From contig OZ024748.1 of the NCBI GenBank assembly GCA_964016885.1, positions 33,542,001 to 33,606,000 of the forward strand: 64,000 nucleotides of DNA, in the 5' to 3' direction. Under the pieces are notes generated by a model, which ran no database searches, was not told the DNA's origin, and worked only from the letters and a program-made list of their open reading frames with translations. The stretch comes from Eledone cirrhosa (Eukaryota). A program made the position numbers and the translations under genes. Below are positions 39,111-52,682 of this stretch, piece by piece (within the stretch, counting starts at the first letter, position 1; each line of letters starts with the position of its first letter).

Positions 39111-39619
39111 TGAAGTAAATTAAATCAAAATAGATTTAGACTAAAACGAACAAAACTTCCCTGAAACAACAACAAAGTACAGCTAAATATAAAATAAATT
39201 TTATAATGTAAGATAGTGAACAACATAATTAAATAGACGGAGGTATTTTAGATAATAAAGATATCTTTAATTTACTTAAAGCAATAACAAGGCACAGCTA
39301 AATATAAAGTATATTTTATAATGTAAGGTAGTGAACAAGATAATTAAATGGACGGAGGTAATTTAAATAATAAAGACAGTCATAATAACAATATATTTTA
39401 TATCATATGTAAAAGTGGAATCTGGTGATTGAAAAATAACACATCAACATTTCAGTTTGGAAGTTTTATTTCTGTATATATATATAGGAAAAGGTATGAA
39501 CCCGACGGCAGAGCTCAAGCCGTTTCGACATATATATGTATATATATATATAACACTTTCATAAGTCATGAGAAAGAAATATATTTTCACTTGTATATTT
39601 ACTCGATATATACATAAAA

Positions 39620-41435
39620 AGATAATACAATGAAAGATATATTTCTTCAATGCTACAATATTAAAGAAAATGTAAAGGAAGGGGTGAACAACGGGGCCAA
39701 CACCAGAGCAAAAGATAGCAACATTGCGAGTACTGGGCAACCTCTCTAATGATTTTTGAGGCAAGCCAGCACACTCGCAGCGTTGCCTCGGGTGATGGTG
39801 AGGCTGATGTGCTGAAACAGCCAAGCACCATCGCGAGATTCGCCAGTCACCTCTATTAGGTGAGCCGCCAGTGAGGAAAGGAACCTCGCAGTCAGCGGCC
39901 CGACTCCCCCAAACCTCTCGAAAGCCAAAGGCTGAAAAATGTAGCTGGCCAACAGATCAGAGTATTTGAGGGTCTTACTCTGCTCGGCTGTAGAAGCTGT
40001 GGCTCTCGTCCTAACCGCGGTATCCAGGATGTGGGAAAGCACAAAAGAGTCACTAACAGTGACGTCCCAGACAAGGCACCTGCCTCTTGACCAGGGGCAC
40101 AGGGTAAGACCGTCAGGTCTTTTGCCGTCACTTCTGGACAACCCAGATGGTTCCAAGACTGAGGAGATATTCGCCTGGGCCAAAGTTCGCTTCAGAATGA
40201 GGTTTAGCTCCATGTGACGCGTGAAGCGCCCGGCATTCAGGCGGCAAGAAAGACTGTGGAGACCCGTGGAGTCGAGGAGTTTGCCGCATTGGCACCTTAA
40301 ACCCATGCAGACGGTGGCTCCCACTCTGAGGGTGATGGAGACACGAAGTTCGTCCATGCTGAGTAGGCCACCAACGTTGGCCTCCGGTAGGGCATCGACC
40401 CAGTCGCCTGAGTATTTGGCGCTGGCAGATAGTAAGCGGCACCTTGAAAACCGATTTGACTGGACGAAGAGGGAGTCGAAGGTGGCCTCGAACTGATGCT
40501 GTCCCAACTTCTCTGACTTCGACTGTCCTCCACCCTCTCAGGAAGAGACAAGCCCAACTCACTCCATTGCTGGAGAGCTTCACCCAACTCCCTGTTGGAA
40601 CTAGTCCATGCTGGAGAGGAGAGGATGCTGCTCACCAGGGTGGAGCAAGCGTGGGTGGAGGAAAGGAAGCAGGGGAGAGAGAGGGACAAAAACTTATGAA
40701 GACCAAGACCCCCAAATCGCTTGGGCAACACAGCCTGATCGTGGGACTCCGGAGAAAGTCTAACATTGACCAGACACTCGAGTCTCTCGAAGATTAGGTC
40801 ATCGAAGCGTTGGAGGCAGGACGGAAATCTGTGAGAGGGGCTGACCCTGAGCAGATACAGAAGCTTAGGAATAGACAGGTAGTTCCTGAGTATGAAGAAA
40901 CATTGATGGGGTTCGATAACTTCGATATTCCTCAGCAGCTGCTCAAGGCCAACCATCTTCGATTGGAAGGTTGACTTGAAGGCCAGGTCTGTGATTGGGG
41001 CTCCTAAGGAGCACCAAGCCGACGGGGGAGGGACCGCGATGGAAGGGAAGGACTTTGTGAACAGGTCGATCAGCTGTTGGTGTTGAGGAGCCGGGTGGTT
41101 GAGGATCCAGAGCTCACATTTGGAGCTATTGATCTGGAGACCCCGGTGGCCAAGCTCCTCCTGTTGGCAGTGGTGAGAACCATATCCGGAGTTCCCCCCA
41201 AACAGGCGTCGTCGAGGTACCAGACATTGAGATCCAACTCAACCCCCATCTTGGTGACGTCATCAATGCCCAGTGCAAACAGTGCGGGCCCGAGTGGGTC
41301 ACCCTGTTGGACTCCTCAGGCAGAGGTGATGATCTGGTCACCGAAAGAGAAGTAGGAGGGCTCCCGATAAGCCTGCCAAGCAAAGTGGTAGAGTTGTGGG
41401 ACCCTCTCTCTTAGTGAGCCGAGGATGATGTCGCA
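39620..41435 (-). mobile_element. CRE-like non-LTR retrotransposon fragment (RT plus restriction-like endonuclease), frameshifted
   Basis: GVQQGDPLGPALF, WYLDD, GGLGL, C.CG..LD..GLH.LSC, RH, EP.GL...DGKRPDGLT..WDVT. Confidence 0.82.
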
Positions 41436-41855
41436 GATGTGTACCATTGAAGGAATATATCTTTCATTGTATCATCCTTTGTAGTGTTACCGAGACATTT
41501 GTAATGTTATTTATGTATATATTTAAAACATATTTGTTATGTTATTCTACTGTAAATTTATTTATATGCTCTGTTTATATTTTAATTCTGAAGAAATTGC
41601 AAACGATTTGTAATGTTGTTTGAACTTTAATCTGTTATTTTAATGAAATAAATAAAGATGATATAACAAATAATAAATGACCTGTATACATAAAATCAGC
41701 CAATCCGATGTACCGGATATTTGAATAAATGATTGTAATTAAAGAAGTTTTCATGACCAAATATAAAGTCAAGAAAATTTAGTAAAAACTAAATGTTCAC
41801 TGATTTCTGATTAAAAAGACATTTTCCTGGCCCGTAAAATGTTGAACAACCACTT

Positions 41856-42040
41856 ACTGGATCGTTGAAGAGTTCATGTAATTATATTATTTACATACAT
41901 TAATATAGAAATTAAGTAAATCTTTGTCAACTTACCTCCTTCAGATATAATCAATGTGTTGTGTTGTTAGTTGTTACTAAACAACCAAAGAAATAATTTC
42001 TTTGTTATCAAATTAGAAGTTTCAAAGTTGTTATCAGCAT
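41856..42040 (-). promoter_or_regulatory. Putative 5' exon and donor block of ZNF copy B (truncated by a PLE)
   Basis: AG|GTAAGT at 41935-41930. Matches 9660-9842. Confidence 0.5.
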
Positions 42041-43620
42041 TGTATGTATTGTAGTGTCTACGCCATTTTAATTTTATCTATTTATTTATTTATTTATTTT
42101 TGTCCTCGTCTCTGCGCATGCGTGTGTATAGTGTTTGGTGTGTGTTCGCGTTTGGGTGACTGTGTTTTGGTTATTGTATTCTATCTTAGTTTACTAGTGT
42201 GTGTTTATATTTGTTTGTTGTTATTGTGCTTGTGTATATATTTATTTATTTATTTATATTTCTCTTAAGTAAATATTGTTTGTTTGGGTGTTGTTATTCC
42301 ATTCATTTTTTTCTGTTTAGCTTTGGCCTTCTAAGCTCTATTTCGCTTGCTTCTCTGATTTTCCTACCTGTTGGGGTCATTTCTATGTTTAGATATTATT
42401 TTAATTTCTATGTTGTCTATGTTACCGTCATGTTGTCTGGCGTGTTCGTATAGTACTGAACCGTTTTTTTGTCCTTTTAATTCCCCCCAGTGTTGGTCTA
42501 TCCTTTCTCCTATACTTCGAGCTGTCTCGCCTATGTATGTCGTTGTCATGTTTCTGCAAGTACCCTCTGTACATCTTATGCTATAGACTACATTTCTAGT
42601 TTTACAGTTTATCTGAGGGTTTACTTTACATATAATACATTTCTTATTATACAATGGGTTTTCTTAAAAGGGTTTGTTTTGCTGATCGGGGATTGTATGG
42701 TAGTTCCTGGCTTTTCTACCACTTTAATCTTTAAGTGGGTCTTCCTTAAGGCCTTTCTACGTTGGTTAGCTAATTTCCCTCCAGGGGTAGCATCCTCGAA
42801 CATGACACTCTGGTATCTCTTGTTGTCGTACCATGAGGTGGCTTTCCCTATCTTATGTTTAGTCCTATCTAAGCTATTCCATCATTTACTCCTGTATAAT
42901 GGGAAAATTCATTTCATGTCCAGTTCTATGAGGGTCTTATACTTCTCCGTGGCTCCTTTGTATGCTCTGATTCTGTCTCTTTGGTTGTAGCCAGAGAACT
43001 GCATGCGGTTGATGAAGTGTTGAATGTGTCTTTCCATTTCTGTTGGGTCGCACATACGGGACACGTTCTTCATCACTCGTACCAAGTCTGCGATCAGAAT
43101 ATTAAACTTAGCACTGGACATTGCTGAATTTTTGAGTATCAGGTATTTGTAGGCCATGGGTTTAGTGTAGTGTGAGTGGAGAATTTGGGCCCTCTCGTCT
43201 ATAGTGTTAATCCAGAGTTCCATGTCTAATACAGGTAGTCTATTGCTAGGGTGTTTGGAAAGGTAGTCAACGGTTACAGTTATACTCTGGTGTATGGAGT
43301 TAGCTATCTGCTGGATGCTTTCCATTGTGCTACATTCTAAATCATGTTCGTTAGTACTCTCTTGTGCGGGTGTCCTTATTACTATATTAATATCGTCTAC
43401 GTAACGAGAGTACATGATGAGGTCTATGGAGCTCTCTTCAAGATATTTGGGTGTCCTTTCCCACCATACCATAAAAAAGGTTGACAACATCACCAGCTAT
43501 GCTGCTCTCTCATTTTTGGTGTAAATCTTTTCATTGAATTTGAATATATGGCTCTTTAGGGTAGTTTTAATACTGGCCCCTATTACATGCGTGACCATTT
43601 TTCTCACCTGATCATTCTAT
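42040..43620 (-). mobile_element. Second Penelope-like element fragment (RT C-terminus plus GIY-YIG)
   Basis: YSRYVDDI, LPVLDMELW, HYTKPM, NVVYSIRC..C..YIGETARS.GERI..H. Frameshifted. Confidence 0.82.
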
Positions 43621-43804
43621 AACTGCAAAAGGAAAAGAAATAAAAAGAAAGAAGAAAGGGACATGATGCGTGACAGTTTTTTTCAAATATTAAGTCAGGT
43701 AGAAGCGACCAATTAAATATCATGAAATTTTTAATCTATTGTATTTGGTTATATTTGAGCAAATTATACTATTATATTATATCAAAATTAAACAATATAA
43801 AATA

Positions 43805-43866
43805 TTTTATCTGATGAGAACGTACTGAAAAAACAGCACAGTACCTCCGAAATATATATAATAAAA
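43805..43866 (+). ncRNA. Minimal type I hammerhead ribozyme motif
   Basis: TTTTAT-CTGATGA-GAACGTACTG-loop-CAGTACCTCC-GAAA-TATATA-TA-ATAAAA. Complete core, 6-bp stem I, AUA triplet. Confidence 0.75.
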
Positions 43867-44009
43867 CATATATTTTGATTATGTGAATGTCTCCATTTAT
43901 TAATATTTTGAATAATATTAATAACTCCAGAAAACTTCTTTGTTGAGTGCTTTTAATCTATTGTAAAACTAAATTCATTGAGTAATCAATGAACCCTATT
44001 AACATTTGG

Positions 44010-44046
<37 letters not shown>

Positions 44047-44611
44047 TGAAGTATTTCCGTCGGAAAGTTACAGGAAAAAAGAGTGCTCTATGTAGGCTAC
44101 AGAGCTTATTAGTTATGTAATGAACAACATAAAATAATTATTTCATTTACCAGTGGTTTCTTGAAAGCAGATGTTGTATCTGTTTTCAGTCGTCAGAATG
44201 AATAAAAAACATGGTGTTTTTATTAAATTTGGATTTGAAAACAAAATTTAAGAAATATGAAAGTGAGGCTGAGAAAAAACGGGCGAAAAAGAAAAGGGGA
44301 AAAAGAATATATAAAAATATATATATATAAACAATAAATATCCAGAACGTAAACACACACACTCAACCACGCGCATATACTTAAAAAGTACGTAGACGTA
44401 TACTTTTTCACATAAGCGTATTTACAACCCCTTTTTTTCCCTTACCTGTGCTTAATAATTGTGTTTATTATTTTATTTCAGTTTTACTCCCCTTTTGCCC
44501 TTACTTACCCATAGGTTTTTAAATGTACTCACATAGAGTTGTATGCGGGCGCATATGCAGACAGACTTATGTGTACATACATTTATAGCGTTTTGATTAT
44601 TTAATTGTATG

Positions 44612-44642
<31 letters not shown>

Positions 44643-44773
44643 ATGTGTGTGTGTGTGTGTATGTGTGTGTGTATATATATATGTATATGTGTGTGTATAT
44701 ATTTATATATATATATATATATATATATTTTAATTCAAAATATTAACAAAATAGATATTCTTGTGATCAAGTA

Positions 44774-44840
44774 TATTTTATTATACATATTTCAGAGGTA
44801 CTGAGTTAAGTTCAACAGTACGTCCTCATCAGATAAAATA
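44774..44840 (-). ncRNA. Minimal type I hammerhead ribozyme motif (inverted second copy)
   Basis: TATTTTAT-CTGATGA-GGACGTACTG-loop-CAGTACCTCT-GAAA-TATGTA-TA-ATAAAATA. Confidence 0.75.
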
Positions 44841-45729
44841 AGATGATGCATGACATACCCTGACATAGTAGATGGTTAAGATTCAGTCATGGTAGTGAGT
44901 AATATATGACAAAACTCAATATTTATATACCTTAATAATGAAAACATGAAAAAAACCACAGATAATACATATAATAGAGAGGGTGCGTGTGAGAAAGCTT
45001 AAAAGAATACATGGCAGCAATATAACTGTTACAGATTCAAATAATTTAAATTATTGAAGAAAGAGAAAAGAAAAGAAAGGCATAGAGGAAGAAACAGATG
45101 AGGGGATAATATAGCTAGTAGGAGCCTAGAAAACAAAAGAGAGTTGATTACAGAGAGAGAGAGATAAAGAGGAATAACTTTTATAATGTAATAATATAGG
45201 GAGATAGTAAATTAGAACAACATTTGGGCTTAGCTTTAGGAAAAAGAAAAAAATTCAATTCATTGAATTATTGAAATATCTAAAAATATTCATCAATCGG
45301 AATTTTAAATATAATTGGGAGTATTCCTATGATGGTTAATACCAAGTCTTTAGACAAATTATCCATATATACAATATATATCCAAACATATCTGGTTGAC
45401 TGTTAACATTCAAATCATTTAATTTAAGTTAGTTCAGAGTAATGAATAATATTTTAGGTTATAAAAGTTAATAAATATCTGTATTAATATTAAAGTATAC
45501 TATCATATTTAATTTATAAAATCAAATTTTATGAAATCAAATTTAAAGGATTTACAAACACGAGAAAGAAAACATAATGTTTTTACAACCTCACGAAGGT
45601 AAACTTTACTAAATTTATTATATAATATTAAATTATTTATATTATATTGAAAATAGTTTATATTATATAACTTAGAAAATAATTACAGTTATAGTTTTTA
45701 AAGTATTTTAAGATTAACAATTTGAATGC

Positions 45730-45982
45730 CAATTTATTTTCCATATTTCTTCTTCCCTTAGCACAATTTTCAGATGTTATTTTTTATATTATATTCCTGA
45801 AAATATTTCTTCTGCTATATTTCCCTCAACTGTGATCTCAGTTCTGAAGAAATAATTCACAGTAAATCTGAAATAAGAAAGAAACAGTATGAGATAATAA
45901 CGAATACTTAAGAATCAGGAATAGATTTAACAGTGTAAATTTTATATTTCTATATTGATAAACTGTAGATAACTTTCCTCTC
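45730..45982 (-). pseudogene. Orphan 5' fragment of a fourth ZNF copy
   Basis: MENKL start and upstream block match 26815-27296 with internal deletions. No fingers follow. Confidence 0.7.
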
Positions 45983-45983
45983 C

Positions 45984-46506
45984 ATCTGGGTCCACCTATC
46001 GTTGGGTGATTCTCACCATTGTCCAGCAGCCAGACCACGAAGCAGCAGTCCTTGAGAGAATAATGATGTGAAACATTCACGTTCTACAGACCCCTTGGGG
46101 TCTGCAGACTTCCACTGACGTCTACGGACCTTTTACTCTATCTCTCAGACAAGCGAGACCGAAGCAGCTGTCCTTGAGAAGAATAACGAACACTAAGGAT
46201 ACACACACACACTCAGTAGGTTTCATTTCACTGTTTACTTATGTGTTTTATCTATTCTTTCGTCATCCTGTTGATCACTTCTATTGTATCGTTGTATTGA
46301 TACATACATACATGCTAGCTCGAAGTAGCTAATCAGCAAATTGATGTAGTGATAATTCCTGTCACAATTTTTATTACTCGATATTCAATGTAGCAACAAG
46401 TGAATATTGTTATTGTAAAATAAACATTTTCAACATCACAATTTTGGCATTATTCTTTTTATCATTCATCCACAAAAGAATACATTTATCCACTAAATAT
46501 GCAACA
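45984..46506 (+). mobile_element. Possible solo or truncated LTR
   Basis: Interrupts the ZNF upstream block, has an internal short direct repeat and AATAAA, and ends TGCAACA. Confidence 0.3.
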
Positions 46507-46630
46507 AACAAAAGGGGTCCAAGAACAGATCCCTGTGGTACACCAGATGACATCTCATACGGTGAAGAATGCTGTCCTAGAACCGTGACTACCTCCGACT
46601 GAGAGTGAAGGATTTCAACCAGTTAAAAAT
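46507..46630 (-). mobile_element. CR1/Jockey-group RT fragment
   Basis: Reads SGVPQGSVLGPLLF. Confidence 0.7.
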
Positions 46631-46749
46631 TATACACTATATATGATGTTGTCCAAAGGAAAGGCAATGGCTGATACAGCTTGGCACAAGTGATGTCACA
46701 ACATATACACCCTATGTTCAGTATATATACCCTATATATATTATATATA

Positions 46750-47145
46750 CTAGCAGAAAAAACCACTCTTCGGGTGGTTTTCTGCTAGCATTTGTAGATA
46801 TGATACATCAAATAAAATCGTAATTCTCAATATAAACAGACATTGAACGAAGACGTTGTTACACTGTCTTAGGTAATCAGTAACGTAATCCATGATACAT
46901 TAAAAAAAGACGATATTATATATAAACTGCATTAGGAGAAAATTAGTGACAGAAAATTAGTATGTTTATTTAAGTGATCGCCACCAGAAGTGTTGACATC
47001 ACACACTCTCTCTTTCTATATATATGGTAGTTGAAGTGGTGGTGGTGGTGGTGGCAACGATATACCGGAAGTGCAACTTTGAAAAGAAGTCAATTTTAAA
47101 TTATTTATTTTTACGAAATTATTTTTGTTTACGAAATTTAGTAGA
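46750..47145 (-). mobile_element. Non-autonomous mini-Helitron
   Basis: A|TCTACTA 5' end at 47145, subterminal hairpin ACCAC..GTGGT and CTAG|T 3' end at 46750, no TSD. Confidence 0.65.
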
Positions 47146-47169
47146 TAAATTATGTAATATTCATTCATT

Positions 47170-47358
47170 GATTGGCAGTATCGGTAGAGGGTCAGACCGC
47201 CATGCTTTGACGCATAGAGTTACGGCCCTTGCCATTCTGAGTTCAAATCCCGCCGAGGTTAACTTTGCCTTTCATCCTTTTGGGGTCGATAAAATGCAAT
47301 ACTAGTAATGCACTGGGTAAGTGCTGGCCTTGTGCCAAAAGTAGAAACAATTATTTAT
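47170..47358 (+). mobile_element. SINE family 1
   Basis: Matches 571-775. Confidence 0.85.
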
Positions 47359-47650
47359 TCCAAGTAATCCAACTTATTTTATTAACGGGATAAAAAATTA
47401 TAAACCGCACGCAGGCCCGCAGACCTTCCTTTATTATAGTTTAGATATGATGTTGTCCAAAGGAAAGGCAATGGCTGAAACAATTTGGCACCAGTGACGT
47501 CACAACATATATACACTATATATATTATATATATATACACTATACACAGTATATATACACTATATATATATATTATATATATACTATATACCGTATATAT
47601 GATGTTGTCCAAGGGAAAGGCAATGGACGATACAGCTTGGCACAACTCAT

Positions 47651-48058
47651 ATCATCATCATCACCATTTTACGTCCATTCTTCCACGCTAGCATGGGTTA
47701 GACAGGTTGTCCTGTTGTGGGCAGTGCCACGTCGGGTGAGAATGTCTTGCTCATACGGGAACTGATTCTAACTTGATTTCTACAGCTGGAGGCCCATCCT
47801 AACACCAACCTCATTTACATTGAGTGCTTGGTGCTTTTTTTCCGTGGCACCTCCACGACCACTTTGTAGTGGGAGGGTGTGGGGGTATATTGTCTATATG
47901 CTTCAGCTTCGGCTTGTACCGTGGGGGTCGGGTGTTCTGTATTACTGCTTGATGCCAGAGGTCATGGTCGTGTGTCATCGCCTTTGAGAGGTGTAATTGA
48001 GTAAGGTCGGCTTTTATCATCTCATCCCAGGTCTTCTTGGGTCTCCCCAAACCGCGGA
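47651..48058 (-). mobile_element. RTE 3' end
   Basis: GRPKKTWDEMIKADL..DLW plus 3' UTR and TGA tail. Confidence 0.8.
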
Positions 48059-48329
48059 CCCATAGTCTATTTAGTGTAAATAATGTTTCATACACATAAC
48101 ATGTATGTGTGACCACTGGTTTCCGAGTCCACTTATGGCCACCACTGTTTAATGGGGGGAGGCACTTCCAAACAGATCCTTGATTAGGCATGCTGACAAA
48201 TATATTAAAAGGAAGTTCTTTCCTCCGACAATTTTCACCCCAAACAGAGGAGTTTCATATTGTCAAAAAGGGAGGTAAATTCTTTAGTGGTGGAATTGTC
48301 AGAATTAATTATATATGTAATTAGACACA

Positions 48330-48905
48330 CATAGAAATGGTTGATAGTTTTTGCAATCTAGGTGACTTAATTAGCAGTGGAGGAGGCTAGAATAAGGATA
48401 GGATGGAAAAGTTTAGAGAGCTACAGTTGACCACAAAAGGACAACTGTATGACACCTGTGGGCGATGTGCAATGTTGCATGGTAACGAAACAAGGGCTGT
48501 GACTGCAGAGGATATCTAGACGGGAGAGAAATGAAACAACCATGCTTTGTAGGATATGTTATGTAAGTGTGAGAGAAAGGCAGAGATTGGACAAGTTCAA
48601 GAGTGATCTGAAGTGGTGTGTAAGAGAGAAGACTGTGTTTGTACGGACATGTGATGAACATGGATAATGACCACTGGGCGATGAAGTGCCAGGAAATCCC
48701 AGTAGAAGGAAGCCATAATAGAGGTGGACTAAGAAAGACCTAGACAGAGGCTGTGTGAACTGACTTCAAATAACTGACTCTCACAGAGGAGATGACAAAG
48801 GAACATGACAAGTGGAAAGATGCCATGTTGAGAAGGACCTGTCCAACCCAAGGAAGCATGGAAAAACCGACATAAAAACAGTGATGATGTTGATGAAGAT
48901 GACTT
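48330..48905 (+). mobile_element. Degraded RTE 3' fragment (paralog of 24445-25090)
   Basis: Colinear similarity with 24445-25090. Confidence 0.7.
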
Positions 48906-49224
48906 ACATATACGTACATATACGCACATACGCAATCAAATACAGATATGCACATACGTATATACAAACACAAAAACATATACATGGACATAAAATTCTA
49001 CACACAAACATTCACATATATATGGCGTGTGTAAATTCTGAACGATACAGTTTTGTCAGCAAAACTCTTGGTTACAACTTCTACAAATAAAATGAAAGGA
49101 GAATAATTTCTCAGTAAAACAGTTTTATTCAAAACATTTACAACATTGGTGGCACTATTTTAGGTAAGTGATATGGTTTTTATCTTGTCTGATTGTGTTC
49201 GTGTTGCATCAAGTAACATTTACA

Positions 49225-50574
<1,350 letters not shown>

Positions 50575-51349
50575 TTAAAAATTATATTCCTAAAAAATAT
50601 ATCTTCTATATTTCGCTCAACTGTAATTTCAGTTAACATCTGAAGATAATACAAACTTCTTTTTCATCCAAGTTTAGTTAAAATACAAAATCATCTCATA
50701 GTGAAGAAAATAAACTCAGTTTTGAGGAAATATTTCACAGTAATTGTACGACAGATTTGGTATAAACAGTGTTATATAAGTTCTGTTTAAAAAGTTTCGG
50801 TCTTCAAATGATGATAAATAGAAGAGATGTATCCAAGATTTTAAATAATAATTTATCCCAATGTCATCTGATATTCTGAAATAAGAAAGAAGCAGTATCA
50901 GATAGCTAGTCAATGTCCGATGGGAATATCTTCTATTTTTTATATGTTATGACTCCATTGAAATAACTGGAAGTTATTGGTAGTGTATGCATTGGTTTCA
51001 GAGTAAAAACGACAGAGCTTATCAACGTAACAATTGTTTTATACAGAATACTTAAGAAGATAATACAGAATACTTAAGAAGCAGAGTTAGATTTAACAGT
51101 GGAAATTTTATATTTCTATATTGATAAACTGTAGATATCAACTTTCTGACCAGAGTGATTCTCTCCAATGTAAGCAGTGGTATTCCAGCATGCTATATAA
51201 GTTATATCCTTCTATCTCTTCGGAGGTCTGCTCTATGGCAGTTTAGCAAAAAATTCATTCTTATAGGACTTATAAGAAAGAAACAGTATGAGATAATAGA
51301 GAATACTTAAAATACAGAGATAGATTTAACAGTGGAAATTTTACATTCC

Positions 51350-51488
51350 TACCATATTTTCCAGCGTCGAAGACGTTACTTTTCCCCTTATATAAGTCTC
51401 AAAAATCTACCATGCGTCCTGGAGGCCGAAGGTTGTTTATTATTTTTTTCAATAATCTGGTCGCTTCCAGTGCCGGTAAATATGGTAC
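51350..51488. mobile_element. pogo/Tigger-like MITE
   Basis: TIRs TACCATATTTTCCAGC / GCCGGTAAATATGGTA with TA ends. Confidence 0.65.
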
Positions 51489-51596
51489 ATTGATAAACTG
51501 TAGAAATATACCTGTGTGATGTTTATTTATATAAACCAAAGCTATATATATGTCAAACTACAGCTACACCATCACTATAGCGGTGTCATCTAGTAC

Positions 51597-51900
51597 AGGG
51601 CGCCCAAACTGTGGTAACTTTGTGAGATGGGTTTGGCCTGGCCGACTGGCTACTCCTCCTCATAGTGGTGCCACCCAGTACCAGGCCCCAAAACTATGGT
51701 AACCTTGTGAGATGGGTTTGGTGCAGCTGACTGGCCACCCCTTCTCATAGTGGTCCACACAGTACTAGGCTCCAAAACTATGGTAACCTTGTGAGATGGG
51801 TTTGGTGCAGCTGACTGGCCACCCCTCCTCATAGTGGTGCCACCCAGTACCAGGCCCCAAAATTATAGTTCCACTGTGAGATGGGTTCAGCACAGCCAAA
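51597..51900. repeat. Minisatellite paralogous to 900-1265
   Basis: Same unit. Confidence 0.85.
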
Positions 51901-52682
51901 TGGCCTGTCCATCTCATAACAGAGCCATCCAGTTCCACACTGTAAACATGGTTGTTGTCAGGAAGGAATGCAGCTGTAAAATACCCAACCAAATTTACAG
52001 ACCTCACCTGAGCCATATGCGACACATGGCCAACCCTGGCCAGACTTGCCTCCTGGCATGTATGACCCGTCTAACCCATGCAAGAATGGAAAAATGGACG
52101 CTAAATGGTGATGATACATACATATATATATATATATTCCACCCACACTGGACGTGTAGAAGACACAGCAAAAAGCACCCAACCCACACTGTAAAGGGGA
52201 CACATAAAAGACATGGCAAAAAGTACCCACCCCACACTGTAAAGCGGTCATGTAGGTGTCATGGGAAAATGCACCCAGCCAACACTGTAAAGTAGACGTG
52301 TAAAAGACAGCAAAAAGCACCCAGCCGAAATGTTGTTGGCGTTAGGAAGGGCATCCAACCATAGAAAGCTAGCCAGAAACAGCCCTATATTAGTGAGACA
52401 CGGTCACCTGACCCAACTTGTGTCTAAATGGGACCCGTCTAACCCATGCTAGCGTGGAAGATGGACGTTAATTGAAGATGATGATGATATATAATAAAAT
52501 GTAGTTTGTTTGAAGCATTCTATATAATATATAACGTTGAAAGAGATAGAAGGCTAAACAATGCAAAATGGACTGTAAGATGAGGTAAGGAAAAATAAAA
52601 GTTACCTGGTAATCTCTGTTTTGTTTTGTTTTGTTGTTGTTCTTTTATTTGTCCAATATTTCGGGCCCTAAAAGTCCTTTCT

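Noticed and set aside
39746-41435. GC-richer island as bacterial contamination or a host gene
   Set aside because: It carries non-LTR RT and RLE motifs and sits within the paralogous host block.
41588-41625. Hammerhead at CTGAAGA followed by an ATTGCAAA/TTTGTAAT hairpin
   Set aside because: No GAAA box after the stem.
42270-43620. Selenocysteine recoding in the second PLE
   Set aside because: No in-frame TGA seen at the Cys positions I checked. The breaks there are frameshifts.
50985-51030. Possible decayed hammerhead (minus strand TTGATAA...GAAAC) in a C-only insert
   Set aside because: Two core mismatches and no stem II pairing; too weak to call.
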